DNA of 64,000 nucleotides. Source: an uncultured Poribacteria bacterium (GTDB lineage Bacteria > Poribacteria > WGA-4E > WGA-3G). Location: assembly GCA_951813565.1 (NCBI GenBank), contig OX638351.1, positions 4,512,001 to 4,576,000 on the forward strand. Direction: 5' to 3'. The stretch's first letter is position 1. Each line of letters begins with the position of its first letter. A program made the position numbers and the translations under genes. Shown here piece by piece: positions 50,847 through 60,899 of this stretch. The notes under the pieces were generated by a model. It saw nothing but the letters and a program-made list of their open reading frames with translations. It did not search any database and was not told the DNA's origin.

Positions 50847-51339
50847 TTTTCTTTCTCCTTTATATTCAGTTGACATGCTTTTGCTTGCATATCGTCTTAA
50901 ACATTTATCAATCTGGACGGTATTCATCCAGAGGTCATTTTGATTTTGACAGACCCTAAAGGAGAAGTTGGCAGGAAAATAAAAAGTAAACGTTACTGTC
51001 AACTCTAACCTTTGGGCGCGCTGGTTTCCATATTACTATTGCATCAGAGTGATGTTTGTGCTAAAATGAAAACCAGCCCTGTCATAGTATGGTTATGGCA
51101 TGGCCACGCGCTGATAGTGGTGTTTCACTTTTCCACTGTCAGCGCGCCCCAACATTTTGCTGGGTGAAACGTGCCCCGGTGTAACACACACTTTCTGTGC
51201 ATTTTTTAACACCTTGTGTAAGGTATACAAAACTTCATAAAACATGTCAACTACTTTTTTAATGAAGTTTAAAAAATATTACGGTAATTATAATTTTCAA
51301 AACTCTGTAGGTGCGGTTTCCTAACCGTGCCAAATTTTT

Positions 51340-51698
51340 CTCTAAATTAATTCAACTTGCTGCCTCTCAATATAGAAAACAAGGTCTTCAGAAAATAAAT
51401 GAACGTAAATACAAGGAAGCCATTGCTGCTTTTACCGAGGCTATCAAGGTGAGCCCTGGTGAATCAAGTGACCATCAGAATAGAGGGACTGCAAAAGAGA
51501 TGTTGCTGTCTCAATCTTGGGACACCACTCTATGACTATGAGGATGTGAAGCGTTGGGCTGAATCTGTCTCGAATATTTTCGGGTTGATTGGAAAAGGTG
51601 TTTCTCGTCGTATGCTTTTTGAAAGAGTATACCGTCCAAGTGCTCCTCAAAATCTGCGCTATTTGAACTGGAACGAAACATATAAGCGATATCGGTAA
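51340..51698 (+). pseudogene. Degraded TPR-containing gene fragments
   Basis: KYKEAIAAFTEAIKVSPGES...NRGTAK is TPR-like, but there is no credible start. Confidence 0.4.
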
Positions 51699-51938
51699 TT
51701 GTTTTTGGGTGAGAATTGTTACTCTGAAGTGAGGTAATGTGTATAGTGCCTGAAATGGATGTTGACACACTCATCTATAGATTGTATAATATGGCAAGTG
51801 TCAAACAATTAAGGGTGCGATTTTTGGTATAATTCGTCCGATATAACTCCCTCAATATTACTGTTGTAGAGATAACTGGAACGAATTGCCCCAAGATTGC
51901 ACGGTCAAATTGCCAGATTTATTGAGGAGGACAAATCT

Positions 51939-52349
51939 ATGAATGGCACCGAAAAAGTCGTAAAGCATCTGGAAATGACACAAGCCGTTATTAACCGTTT
52001 GGGACGCAACAGTTTTCTCTTAAAAAGCTGGAGCATGACAATCCTCGTTGCAGCAATGGTCTTAATCGCTAAACCTGATTTACCAAGTCCATATTTTAAC
52101 CTTGTGCTCCTAATTCCTGTTATGGGGTTTTGGGGTTTAGATGGATATTTCCTTATGCAGGAAAGACGGTTCCGAGAAATCTACAAGGAAATTAGCCAGC
52201 AGGAAAATACCGATTTTGAGATGGACCCCAAAAAACATAAAAATGAGCCGAAATGTAGTTGGATATCTGCATTTTTTTCAATTACGCTTATTATTTTTTA
52301 TCTAATAGAGGTCCTTTTTGTGAGTGTAATTACTTATTTTTCTAATTGA
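51939..52349 (+). CDS. Three-TM membrane protein preceding a TIR gene
   Basis: HLEMTQAVINRLGRNSFLLKSW...FWGLDGYFLMQERRFREIY. GAGGAGG RBS. Confidence 0.8.
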   Translation: MNGTEKVVKHLEMTQAVINRLGRNSFLLKSWSMTILVAAMVLIAKPDLPSPYFNLVLLIPVMGFWGLDGYFLMQERRFREIYKEISQQENTDFEMDPKKHKNEPKCSWISAFFSITLIIFYLIEVLFVSVITYFSN

Positions 52350-52361
52350 TATAGGGATGCT

Positions 52362-52853
52362 ATGAGGCACGTATTCTTCAGTTTTGATTGGGACGATGTT
52401 TGGCGTGTTAATCAAGTTCGACACAGTTGGGTTGCGAAGGGGAGTTATACTGCAGCCGGTTTTGTTGACAGTGCCCAAATCGAAACGCTTAAAAGAAATA
52501 CCGATCTTGCTATTAAACGGTGGATAAATAAGCAGATAGATGGCACTTCTGTAACTTGTGTGCTAATTGGTAGTCATACCGCTGATAGCAAATGGGTTAA
52601 GTATGAAATTGTGCAAAGAATTGAAAAAGGGAATGGTTTGCTTGGAGTGTATATCCATAATGTAAAAGATAGACACGGGTGGACTTCTACAAAAGGCAAA
52701 AGTCCTTTTAGACAACCACCAATTAACTTCACACCTACTGATAAACCTAACCTTGTTTATCCTTGTTGTTCATACTATGATTGGGTTAATGATGATGGTT
52801 ATCAGAATCTCGGGAATTGGATAGAAAAAGCCTCTCAGCAAGCTGGTAGATAG
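52362..52853 (+). CDS. TIR domain protein (ThsB/MTH538-like, DUF1863)
   Basis: VFFSF..DD.WRVNQVR, IKRWI...TSVTCVLIG.T..KWVKYEI (catalytic Glu) and GLLGVYIH. Confidence 0.9.
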   Translation: MRHVFFSFDWDDVWRVNQVRHSWVAKGSYTAAGFVDSAQIETLKRNTDLAIKRWINKQIDGTSVTCVLIGSHTADSKWVKYEIVQRIEKGNGLLGVYIHNVKDRHGWTSTKGKSPFRQPPINFTPTDKPNLVYPCCSYYDWVNDDGYQNLGNWIEKASQQAGR

Positions 52854-52940
52854 TACATCCAGTTTCTTTCAATCCGTGATAATCCGAGATTCAGACAAAG
52901 TTGTTTTCGCAAACCTACCCAACCTGCCAAACTGATAAAT

Positions 52941-52988
52941 TGCAATGATGCAGTATTGCAATCTTGAAAGCTTGCAATACTGCAAGAT
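52941..52988. repeat. Six degenerate 8-bp tandem units with an internal dyad
   Basis: tgcaatga|tgcagtat|tgcaatct|tgaaagct|tgcaatac|tgcaagat. Confidence 0.7.
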
Positions 52989-53222
52989 GTTAGGAGGTTC
53001 CCTGCGTTACCTTGGCACAGCGATTAAACGCATCGTTTTTGTCATTGTAGAATCTGCTTGCATTATTGACAACCTCCCTGCCGAAATAACTGATGCGTAA
53101 ATATTGGTTGTGTTTATATTCCAGACAAAGTGCCGTCTCTAAACAAAAACTTGAGAAAACAAGCGAGAAGCCGTATAATTTAAAAAAGAAAACGCCAGGC
53201 CGGGCGCAAAGAAGATGCCATT

Positions 53223-54280
53223 ATGTTAGACATCAACGACATACTTGAGGCTTTAAAAACACGTGTTGAACAGTTTCCGGACCGAAGCGCGAAATGGTTA
53301 TTAGAAAACACAGAGAACCTCCGCGGGCTCCTTGAAATCATCGCCAGCGACATCGTTGAGTGCCTTGATTTTAGTAAGGTTGAGATCAAGAGTACCACTT
53401 TATCCCTGACAACCTGCGGGAACAAGAGTCTGACATGGTTTATCTTTTACCCTTCCGAGACAAGGATAACACCAGGGCGACATCGGAGGTGCTGGTCTAT
53501 ATTCTCCTGGAGCATCAATCCACAGTGGATCGGACGATGGGGTTCCGTCTGTTGTTTTATATGTGTCAGATATGGGACAGCCAACGCCGGGAGTGGCGAT
53601 TTCAACCGATCATCCCGATCATTTTTTATACCGGTGATCAGAAATGGGAGACGTTTCCTTCGCTGGAGACGTTGATGGACTTGCCGGAAGCACTCAACCG
53701 CTTTGTCCCGAAATTTGATTGCGCTTTTGCTTGATGTCAAGCGCGAGGCTGATGAGACGCTGCTGCAGTCCAATCATCCATTCGGGTGGTTACTGACGGT
53801 GCTGAAACAGGAAACCGCTGGGACAGAAGCGTTTATTGCGGCACTGCTGCGTCTCGGTAATTATCTGCGTGGCCTCCCGAGGCAGAGCGTTCGTTGTGGC
53901 AACAGACAATTTACTATCTTCACCTACTTATTTTCTACCGTCGTCCGATTGTTGAGCGGCCGGTGTTAGATCAAATAGTTTCTGAGAACCATCCGTTTTT
54001 GGACACATCAGAGAAGGAGAAACAACTCATGCAGAGCATGGCAGAACATTACTTACAACAAGGCGAAACGCGAGCCAAACGGGAAGATATTCTCAAACTC
54101 TTACAACTCCGATTTCACTATGTGCCCGAACCACTTGCTGAAATGATTCGCAGCCTCGATGACCGAAACTGGCTTGAGATGCTTTTTGAGAAAGCCGCCA
54201 CTACCCAAACGCTTGAGGAACTTCGGGCAGAAGTTGACGCACTTACCGAAGATGAAAACCATAATGAACACTCAGAATAA
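53223..54280 (+). pseudogene. Rpn/YhgA-like PD-(D/E)XK nuclease with three frameshifts
   Basis: DRSAKWLL...(F)IPDNLREQESDMVY...YILLEHQS...IIPIIFYTG...MQSMAEHYLQQG. Shifts near 53400, 53720 and 53878. Confidence 0.85.
54029..54280 (+). CDS. Putative intragenic RpnS-like small protein
   Basis: In-frame ATG preceded by AAGGAG, giving the 83-aa C-terminal region. Confidence 0.5.
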   Translation: MQSMAEHYLQQGETRAKREDILKLLQLRFHYVPEPLAEMIRSLDDRNWLEMLFEKAATTQTLEELRAEVDALTEDENHNEHSE

Positions 54281-54429
54281 TACAGAGACAAAAACGACAC
54301 GTGGATTTATCACGCAGCGAAATATTTCTTTGGCAGGTCTCAGTCTATCCTTGCGTTTTAGCTACGCTTCTGGATGTGTCCAACATTGCAGCTTGGCTGC
54401 GGTTTAACTTTGGAATAACGGAGAAAAGA

Positions 54430-56826
54430 ATGTCCAATAAGGTAAATGAATTTCAAATTCTAAATGCAGATGATGCTGAATTGATGCGGACCAGTCGAGA
54501 AGGGACTTTATCGCTGAACTTGATTGAGATGCAGACAATTCAGTCTCATTTTACAACACTGCAACGCAACCCAACCGATGTGGAACTTGAGACTATAGCA
54601 CAAACATGGTCAGAGCATTGCGTTCACAAAACCTTTAAAAGCATTATTCTCTATTCTGAAGAGGGCAAGGAACCTGAGCAGATTGATGGCTTGTTTCCAA
54701 CCTACATTCAACGCGCTACTGAAGAGATAGACAAACCTTGGTGTGTCTCCGTCTTTTCAGACAATGCGGGTATCATCGAATTTGATGAGACGTTCAATCT
54801 CGTTTTCAAAGTAGAAACGCACAACCATCCTTCAGCAATTGAACCTTACGGTGGTGCAGGTACCGGCATTGGCGGCGTCATTAGAGATTCTCTCGGTACA
54901 GGACTCGGTGCAAAACCGATTCTGAATACCGATGTGTTTTGCTTTGGATTACCGGACACACCTTATGAGAAATTGCCGAAGGGAACACTTCACCCCAAAC
55001 GCGTATTCAAAGGTGTTGTTGCTGGTGTTCGTGATTACGGCAACCGAATGGGTATTCCTACAGCAAACGGGGCAATTCTATTTGATACGCGCTATACTGC
55101 AAATCCACTCGTCTTTTGTGGTAACGTCGGACTAATACCAAGAGATAGATGTGACAAATCCGTTGAACCCGGTGATTTAATTGTTGCTATCGGTGGACGT
55201 ACGGGGCGCGATGGGATTCACGGTGCCACCTTCTCATCAGCAGAGTTGGACGATACCTCTGAAAGCCTTGGCAGCGTTGTGCAGATCGGCAATCCGATTA
55301 TGGAGAAGAAAATTGTTGATGCCCTAATACAGGCACGCGATCGCAACCTGTACCGTTCCATAACAGACTGCGGCGCAGGCGGTTTTTCATCTGCTGTCGG
55401 TGAAATGGGTGAGGATACAGGCGCAGAGGTTCATCTTGAACGTGTCCCGCTGAAATACGAAGGATTGGCGCCGTGGGAAATTTGGTTATCTGAAGCACAA
55501 GAACGGATGGTCCTCGCTGTTCCACCTGAAAATCTTGACAAACTGATGGAAATCTGTGAGGCAGAGATGGTTGAGGCAACAGTGCTTGGCAGTTTTACAA
55601 ATACTCACAGATTACAGGTTTTTTACGAAGGCGCAGTAGTTGCGGATTTAGATATGGAATTTCTGCACAAAGGCTTACCACAACACGTTAAAAAAGCGAC
55701 TTGGCAACCGTCACAACATCAAGAAATGCAATCGCGAGACAGCCAAACCGAAAACTACGCCGAAGACTTGTGTCGACTCCTTGCCAGTCCAAACATCGCC
55801 AGTAAAGAATCTGTCATCCGTCAGTACGACCACGAGGTACAAGGGGGTATTGTTATCAAACCTCTCGTAGGTGTCGAAAATGATGGACCAAGCGATGCGT
55901 GTGTCACGACACCGGTTATAGGGAGTGAGAAAGCGGTCATCGTTGCAAACGGCATCAACCCGAAATATAGCGATGTTGATGCGTATATTAGCGCAGCATC
56001 AGCAATTGATGAAGCACTTCGAAACATAGTTGCAGTTGGCGGAACACTTGAAAAAACGGCTTTATTAGACAATTTCTGTTGGGGCAATCCTGATAAACCT
56101 GACAGGCTTGGCGCGTTAGTGCGTGCAGCGAAGGCGTGCTACGACATTGCTACCGCTTACGGTACCCCCTTCATATCAGGAAAAGATAGTCTTTACAACG
56201 AATACCGTGATACAACAACAGGCGAGCAACGCGCAATTCCTTCAACGCTCCTTATATCCGCAATCTGTGTTATGCCGGACATTCGCAACGCGGTTACAAT
56301 GGATGTGAAATCTCCGGGCAATTTCATCTATGTCGTTGGCAACACTTATGCTGAATTGGGTGGTTCACATTATTTTGGTATCCATGACTTTATCGGTAAC
56401 ACTGCTCCAGTTGTCCGTCCAGACGAAGGAAAGTTAACGATGAATACACTCAGTGCTGCCATTAAGGGTGGATTAGTGCGTTCTTGCCACGACTGCTCTG
56501 AAGGCGGTATAGGCGTTGCAGCAGCGGAGATGGCTTTTTCAGGTGGATACGGCATGTCACTAAATCTCAGCACCGTGCCTACCGGAGAAGAAATTACTTT
56601 TGATGATTTTCTGCTATTCTCTGAGTCGAATAGTCGTTTTCTCGTTGAAATTGAACCGAAACACCAAGTGGCTTTTGAAAATTACATAGATGGCGTGCCG
56701 ATAGGTTGCCTCGGTGCTGTTACAAAAACACCAGAATTTGTCATCAATGGATTAACAGGTAAACGCGTTGTAGAAAGTTCAATTGATACGCTAAAATCTG
56801 CATGGCAAACACCATTGCATTCATAA
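54430..56826 (+). CDS. purL: Phosphoribosylformylglycinamidine synthase subunit PurL
   Basis: QTWSEHC.HK, KVETHNHPSA, GRDGIHGA, DCGAGG and SGKDSL. Confidence 0.97.
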   Translation: MSNKVNEFQILNADDAELMRTSREGTLSLNLIEMQTIQSHFTTLQRNPTDVELETIAQTWSEHCVHKTFKSIILYSEEGKEPEQIDGLFPTYIQRATEEIDKPWCVSVFSDNAGIIEFDETFNLVFKVETHNHPSAIEPYGGAGTGIGGVIRDSLGTGLGAKPILNTDVFCFGLPDTPYEKLPKGTLHPKRVFKGVVAGVRDYGNRMGIPTANGAILFDTRYTANPLVFCGNVGLIPRDRCDKSVEPGDLIVAIGGRTGRDGIHGATFSSAELDDTSESLGSVVQIGNPIMEKKIVDALIQARDRNLYRSITDCGAGGFSSAVGEMGEDTGAEVHLERVPLKYEGLAPWEIWLSEAQERMVLAVPPENLDKLMEICEAEMVEATVLGSFTNTHRLQVFYEGAVVADLDMEFLHKGLPQHVKKATWQPSQHQEMQSRDSQTENYAEDLCRLLASPNIASKESVIRQYDHEVQGGIVIKPLVGVENDGPSDACVTTPVIGSEKAVIVANGINPKYSDVDAYISAASAIDEALRNIVAVGGTLEKTALLDNFCWGNPDKPDRLGALVRAAKACYDIATAYGTPFISGKDSLYNEYRDTTTGEQRAIPSTLLISAICVMPDIRNAVTMDVKSPGNFIYVVGNTYAELGGSHYFGIHDFIGNTAPVVRPDEGKLTMNTLSAAIKGGLVRSCHDCSEGGIGVAAAEMAFSGGYGMSLNLSTVPTGEEITFDDFLLFSESNSRFLVEIEPKHQVAFENYIDGVPIGCLGAVTKTPEFVINGLTGKRVVESSIDTLKSAWQTPLHS

Positions 56827-56899
56827 CTTTTTAACGATCCATGTGTTTTACTTATTAAGATTGCACAAACTGGAAAGTTTATGCTACAGGGAGATAATT

Positions 56900-57700
56900 G
56901 TGAAACCGAAGGTACTTATCTTACGAACAGCAGGCACAAACTGCGATGCTGAAACAGATGTAGCATTTCAACTCGCAGGGGCAGAAACTTCGTTAATCCA
57001 CATTCAAAACCTCATATTTGGCAAGACAAACCTATCCGATTATCAGATTCTTGCTATTCCGGGCGGCTTCTCTTATGGCGATGATATTGCCGCCGGTATT
57101 CTGCTTGCTGTAGAGATGAAACATAAGCTGAGAAACACTCTCAATCAGTTTGTTGCTGACAATAAGCTAATAATTGGAATATGTAACGGGTTTCAGGTGC
57201 TTGTACGGACAGGGTTGTTGCCAGGGGCAGATAACGGCAATACAACAATCACCCAGCGTACCACTTTAGCAATGAACACATCAGCAAAATTTGAATGTAG
57301 ATGGGTTGAATTGGACACACAACAGAGTCCTTGTGTCTTTACAAAAGGTATCAAATCACACCTCTATCTCCCAGTAGCACATGCCGAAGGTAGATTTACT
57401 GCACCATCTGACGTATTGGAAGAATTAGAGTCGAACAACCAAATTGTATTCCGATATGGAAATATAAAGCAATCATCTTCAGACAAAACCGGGTACCCAC
57501 ACAACCCCAACGGTTCTGATGCGGATATTGCAGGCATCTGTGATGTAACAGGGAGAATTTTCGGCTTAATGCCTCATCCTGAACGCTTTTTAACAAAATA
57601 CAACCATCCCCGTTGGACACGAGAAGACCTACCTGAAGAAGGTGACGGGCTCGCGATTTTCAAAAACGCTGTTAATTACGCGAAAGCGAATTTTTCATGA
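56900..57700 (+). CDS. purQ: Phosphoribosylformylglycinamidine synthase subunit PurQ
   Basis: GTNCD, PGGFSYGD, GICNGFQ and MPHPER. Confidence 0.97.
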   Translation: MKPKVLILRTAGTNCDAETDVAFQLAGAETSLIHIQNLIFGKTNLSDYQILAIPGGFSYGDDIAAGILLAVEMKHKLRNTLNQFVADNKLIIGICNGFQVLVRTGLLPGADNGNTTITQRTTLAMNTSAKFECRWVELDTQQSPCVFTKGIKSHLYLPVAHAEGRFTAPSDVLEELESNNQIVFRYGNIKQSSSDKTGYPHNPNGSDADIAGICDVTGRIFGLMPHPERFLTKYNHPRWTREDLPEEGDGLAIFKNAVNYAKANFS

Positions 57701-58131
57701 ATAATAAATTGTCGCGCCGGCTACTCCCCTTCTATATGAAATTGCCTGTCTTTTGGGCATTTATCATCGTTACATTTTTGGGGCAGGTGTTATGGGTCGC
57801 AACGATTTCTAAATTTCCGTGGATTGATCTGCGCTGGTCAAATTTCGGATATGCTTTCGGTATCGTACTTGGGTTTATGCAAGGTAAATGGACGTCACGA
57901 CTTTGGGAGAAGTCTTATCTACAAGTCTTAAGACGGGAGATAACTTTCTGGCAAGCAAAAGGCGCGAAAAGTTTGACATATTTTACTTGTTTCGCCCTTG
58001 GCTTACCAGTCGCTGGGATTATCTTAATTAGATCGATGGCTCAGTTAGCAGGAATACAATCTTACGTTTTTGGTTTCGTGGGTGGCATGAATGTTGCATT
58101 GCTGTTGTGGGTGCGGCGTATCCCAAAATGA
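57697..58131 (+). CDS. Hypothetical four-TM membrane protein
   Basis: Hydrophobic ORF overlapping the purQ stop (ATGA). Confidence 0.65.
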   Translation: MNNKLSRRLLPFYMKLPVFWAFIIVTFLGQVLWVATISKFPWIDLRWSNFGYAFGIVLGFMQGKWTSRLWEKSYLQVLRREITFWQAKGAKSLTYFTCFALGLPVAGIILIRSMAQLAGIQSYVFGFVGGMNVALLLWVRRIPK

Positions 58132-58343
58132 ATTTAAATCGGATTTATGCAATAGTGTAAATCTCATATTGTATTGATGATAAACTCTTATGAGCAAGTT
58201 AGATGCTATCTTGGATGGAAGGCGATTTTCTTGACTTTTTTGAAAAATATGTTATGATATCATCAACAATTGATATGTACTGAAAACGTTGTCAATACTC
58301 AATTTTAATATATACACTAATAACGACCTATAAGAGTGTTCAA

Positions 58344-59012
58344 ATGTTTTATCGAATCACCTTTTTGCTGATATTTTTCAGTTTTGCAGTTTTTATGGTA
58401 GGGTGTCATATTTTGCTTACAGAACAAGAATGGAGCGAAAACTACGCGTTGATGGAAGGTGTCAATTCATCCAGTCCGCAAATGATTGATGGAGATCTCA
58501 ACACCGTCGGTGAGACAAAGACTATTGGACAACGCTACATGTATGGATCAAGTTGGGGATCCGCTGTTTCAATCAAGTTACCAGAAAAAAAGAACATCAG
58601 ACGGATCGTTATCCATACAGAGAATATCAAAAAGCTTAACATCTACGCAGATAAAGGTGGTAGTGCTCTTTCTGAAACTGACTGGGAATTAATAAAAGAG
58701 ATAAAATCTGTCAAGTCATATCCTATTGTGATTCCTTTCTTATACGCTTTTCCGACAGATCATATTCGAATTGTAGTTACAGACTTAACAGATGAAGGTG
58801 CCAACAGACGAAAAGAAAAGGCGGAGTTTTACCGAGGCACTACGCCGATGGAAAGAGGAACGTACGGTTTTGCCGGTGGCAGGAGATTTTATTCCAGTTA
58901 CCAAGCCAGAATCAACGAAATTGAGATTTATGGCTATAAATCTGCTGAAGAAACGGCAGCTGCAAAATCTGATACACAACGTGAAGATGAACTTAATACG
59001 ATATTGGAATAG
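58344..59012 (+). CDS. Putative lipoprotein with a galactose-binding-like fold
   Basis: Lipobox-like MVGC, MIDGDLNT and INEIEIYG. Confidence 0.65.
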   Translation: MFYRITFLLIFFSFAVFMVGCHILLTEQEWSENYALMEGVNSSSPQMIDGDLNTVGETKTIGQRYMYGSSWGSAVSIKLPEKKNIRRIVIHTENIKKLNIYADKGGSALSETDWELIKEIKSVKSYPIVIPFLYAFPTDHIRIVVTDLTDEGANRRKEKAEFYRGTTPMERGTYGFAGGRRFYSSYQARINEIEIYGYKSAEETAAAKSDTQREDELNTILE

Positions 59013-59071
59013 GATAGAACATTTTTTGACATTGGTTTGCAATTCAAGTTTAAACTATGCAGGGTAGAACC

Positions 59072-59566
59072 ATGAAGTATTTCGCCTATGGCTCAAATCT
59101 CAATATCAAACACATGCAGTGGCGATGTCAAAACGCTGTTCCCCTCGGTGCATATACGCTTCAGGGCTACCAACTCGTTTTTCGGTACTACGCTGATTTA
59201 ATGCCAGCTCAAGACAAGTCCGTTAAGGGAGGACTCTGGGAAATTTCGCCGGAGGATGAGAAATTGCTTGACAGATATGAGGGGTACCCATCTTTATATG
59301 AAAAATACTATGATGGCGACATCATGTTTTACCGGATGCTTGACAATGCACGGGACATAGAATTGCCAGGACTCGGTTATCTTGAAGGTATGTTGGAAGG
59401 GATGGAGAACTTTGGACTCTCACCACTTGAAGACTTAAATAGAAATCTTGGGAAATCACCGACCCAGGACCTCGTCAAAAAAGGTGACTTACTCCAGCAT
59501 GCAATGCGTCTTATTGCTGATGCGATGGACATAAAACTCTTAGACGAAGATTCAGGCACCATTTGA
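59072..59566 (+). CDS. Gamma-glutamylcyclotransferase family protein
   Basis: YFAYGSNL and LDRYEGYP. Confidence 0.9.
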   Translation: MKYFAYGSNLNIKHMQWRCQNAVPLGAYTLQGYQLVFRYYADLMPAQDKSVKGGLWEISPEDEKLLDRYEGYPSLYEKYYDGDIMFYRMLDNARDIELPGLGYLEGMLEGMENFGLSPLEDLNRNLGKSPTQDLVKKGDLLQHAMRLIADAMDIKLLDEDSGTI

Positions 59567-59599
59567 CTCCCAACCTTATTCTCAATATTGAATAACTTT

Positions 59600-59713
59600 T
59601 ATAGTAAACTTCACAATTACCTTTACATTGGCGAGGTTAGGAAACCTCGCCAGCACAAGCGTGTGTGGATTGCTGTTCATTGAAATGTGAACATATTTTC
59701 GGATTTTACTATA
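59600..59713 (-). mobile_element. 114-bp MITE family A, copy 3 (inverted)
   Basis: Reverse complement of 7909-8022. Confidence 0.85.
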
Positions 59714-59718
59714 AACAG

Positions 59719-59747
59719 AAAGTCGTTGCTTCATCAGCAACGACTTT
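59719..59747. terminator. Bidirectional intrinsic terminator
   Basis: aaagtcgttgct-tcatc-agcaacgacttt between convergent genes. Confidence 0.7.
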
Positions 59748-59773
59748 AGTTATTATTTGTAAATTACATCTAC

Positions 59774-60721
59774 TTAGAGAATAGTCAATTCATCCTCCTC
59801 TGCACTCTCCTGCAGCACTGTGTTTAATTCGTTTGCGACAGCACCAAAAGCTGCGGATTGTGGTGACGCTGGATGCCCTGCGACTATCGGCACACCTAAA
59901 TCACCTGCCGTGCAAACTTCTGCGTCAAGTGGAATTTCTCCCAAAAAAGCTACACCGAACCGTTCACTTGTATTTTTACCGCCATCTGCTCTGAAAATCT
60001 CCGTTTTTTCATTACAGTGTGGACAAAGAAAATAACTCATATTTTCAATAATTCCCAAAATCGGTACGCCGAGACGTTCAAACATAGCAACCCCACGTCG
60101 CACATCTGCCAAAGCGACATCTTGTGGCGTCGTGACAATAACCGCACCTGTAAGTGGAATTGCCTGCGTTAAGGTAAGTGCAACATCTCCTGTACCGGGA
60201 GGTAGATCAATAATGAGATAATCCAATTCACCCCAATCTACATCGCTCAGAAATTGGCGGATTGCACTGTGCAGCATCGGTCCGCGCCAAATCATCGCTT
60301 GTTCTTCAGGCACCATAAACCCAATTGACATCAGTTTAATGTCGTGTCGCACGAGGGGGATGAGTTTTCGCTCTGGACTGGTGAGTGGTTTGTCTTGAAT
60401 ACCCATCATTGTAGGAATACTGGGTCCATAAGCGTCAGCATCCATCAATCCAACTGCGGCACCAATCTTTGCAAGCGAAATCGCCAAATTTGTAGCAACG
60501 GTTGACTTGCCAACACCACCTTTTCCACTTGCAACTGCAATTTTATACTTTATATTTGGTAATGTTATGTTCTGTTGCGGGGCTTGTTGCTGTTGAGGAT
60601 TGGGTTGCTGCGTGCGCTTGCCAGAAACTTCAGAACCGCTGATAACCTTCAATTGAGGATGTGATTGTGTTGTCGAATTAGGTGTTTCTTTATTTTTTTC
60701 ACCTTTTTTTAAAAATTTCAA
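59774..60721 (-). CDS. apbC: Mrp/ApbC (NBP35) Fe-S carrier ATPase
   Basis: GKGGVGKST, DADAYGPS, WRGPM, DLPPGTGD and ENMS..CPHC. Confidence 0.93.
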   Translation of the reverse strand: MKFLKKGEKNKETPNSTTQSHPQLKVISGSEVSGKRTQQPNPQQQQAPQQNITLPNIKYKIAVASGKGGVGKSTVATNLAISLAKIGAAVGLMDADAYGPSIPTMMGIQDKPLTSPERKLIPLVRHDIKLMSIGFMVPEEQAMIWRGPMLHSAIRQFLSDVDWGELDYLIIDLPPGTGDVALTLTQAIPLTGAVIVTTPQDVALADVRRGVAMFERLGVPILGIIENMSYFLCPHCNEKTEIFRADGGKNTSERFGVAFLGEIPLDAEVCTAGDLGVPIVAGHPASPQSAAFGAVANELNTVLQESAEEDELTIL

Positions 60722-60899
60722 CGTCTTTTCTCCTTATCTAAAATCTCTTTACATAATAATGCCATAAAAAGCTGCGATTTGCCAATCTTTTTTGAATCTG
60801 TTGATTTGTTAATGCTTTAATATTTATTTTTTATGTTACCATTTTTTTATAAAATCCTATATAATATCCAGCAAATTGCAAGTTCCGAAAGGAAATATA

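Noticed and set aside
54301..54429. N-terminal extension of PurL given by the ORF track
   Set aside because: The GTG start has no RBS, whereas the ATG at 54430 follows GGAG and begins PurL-like sequence.
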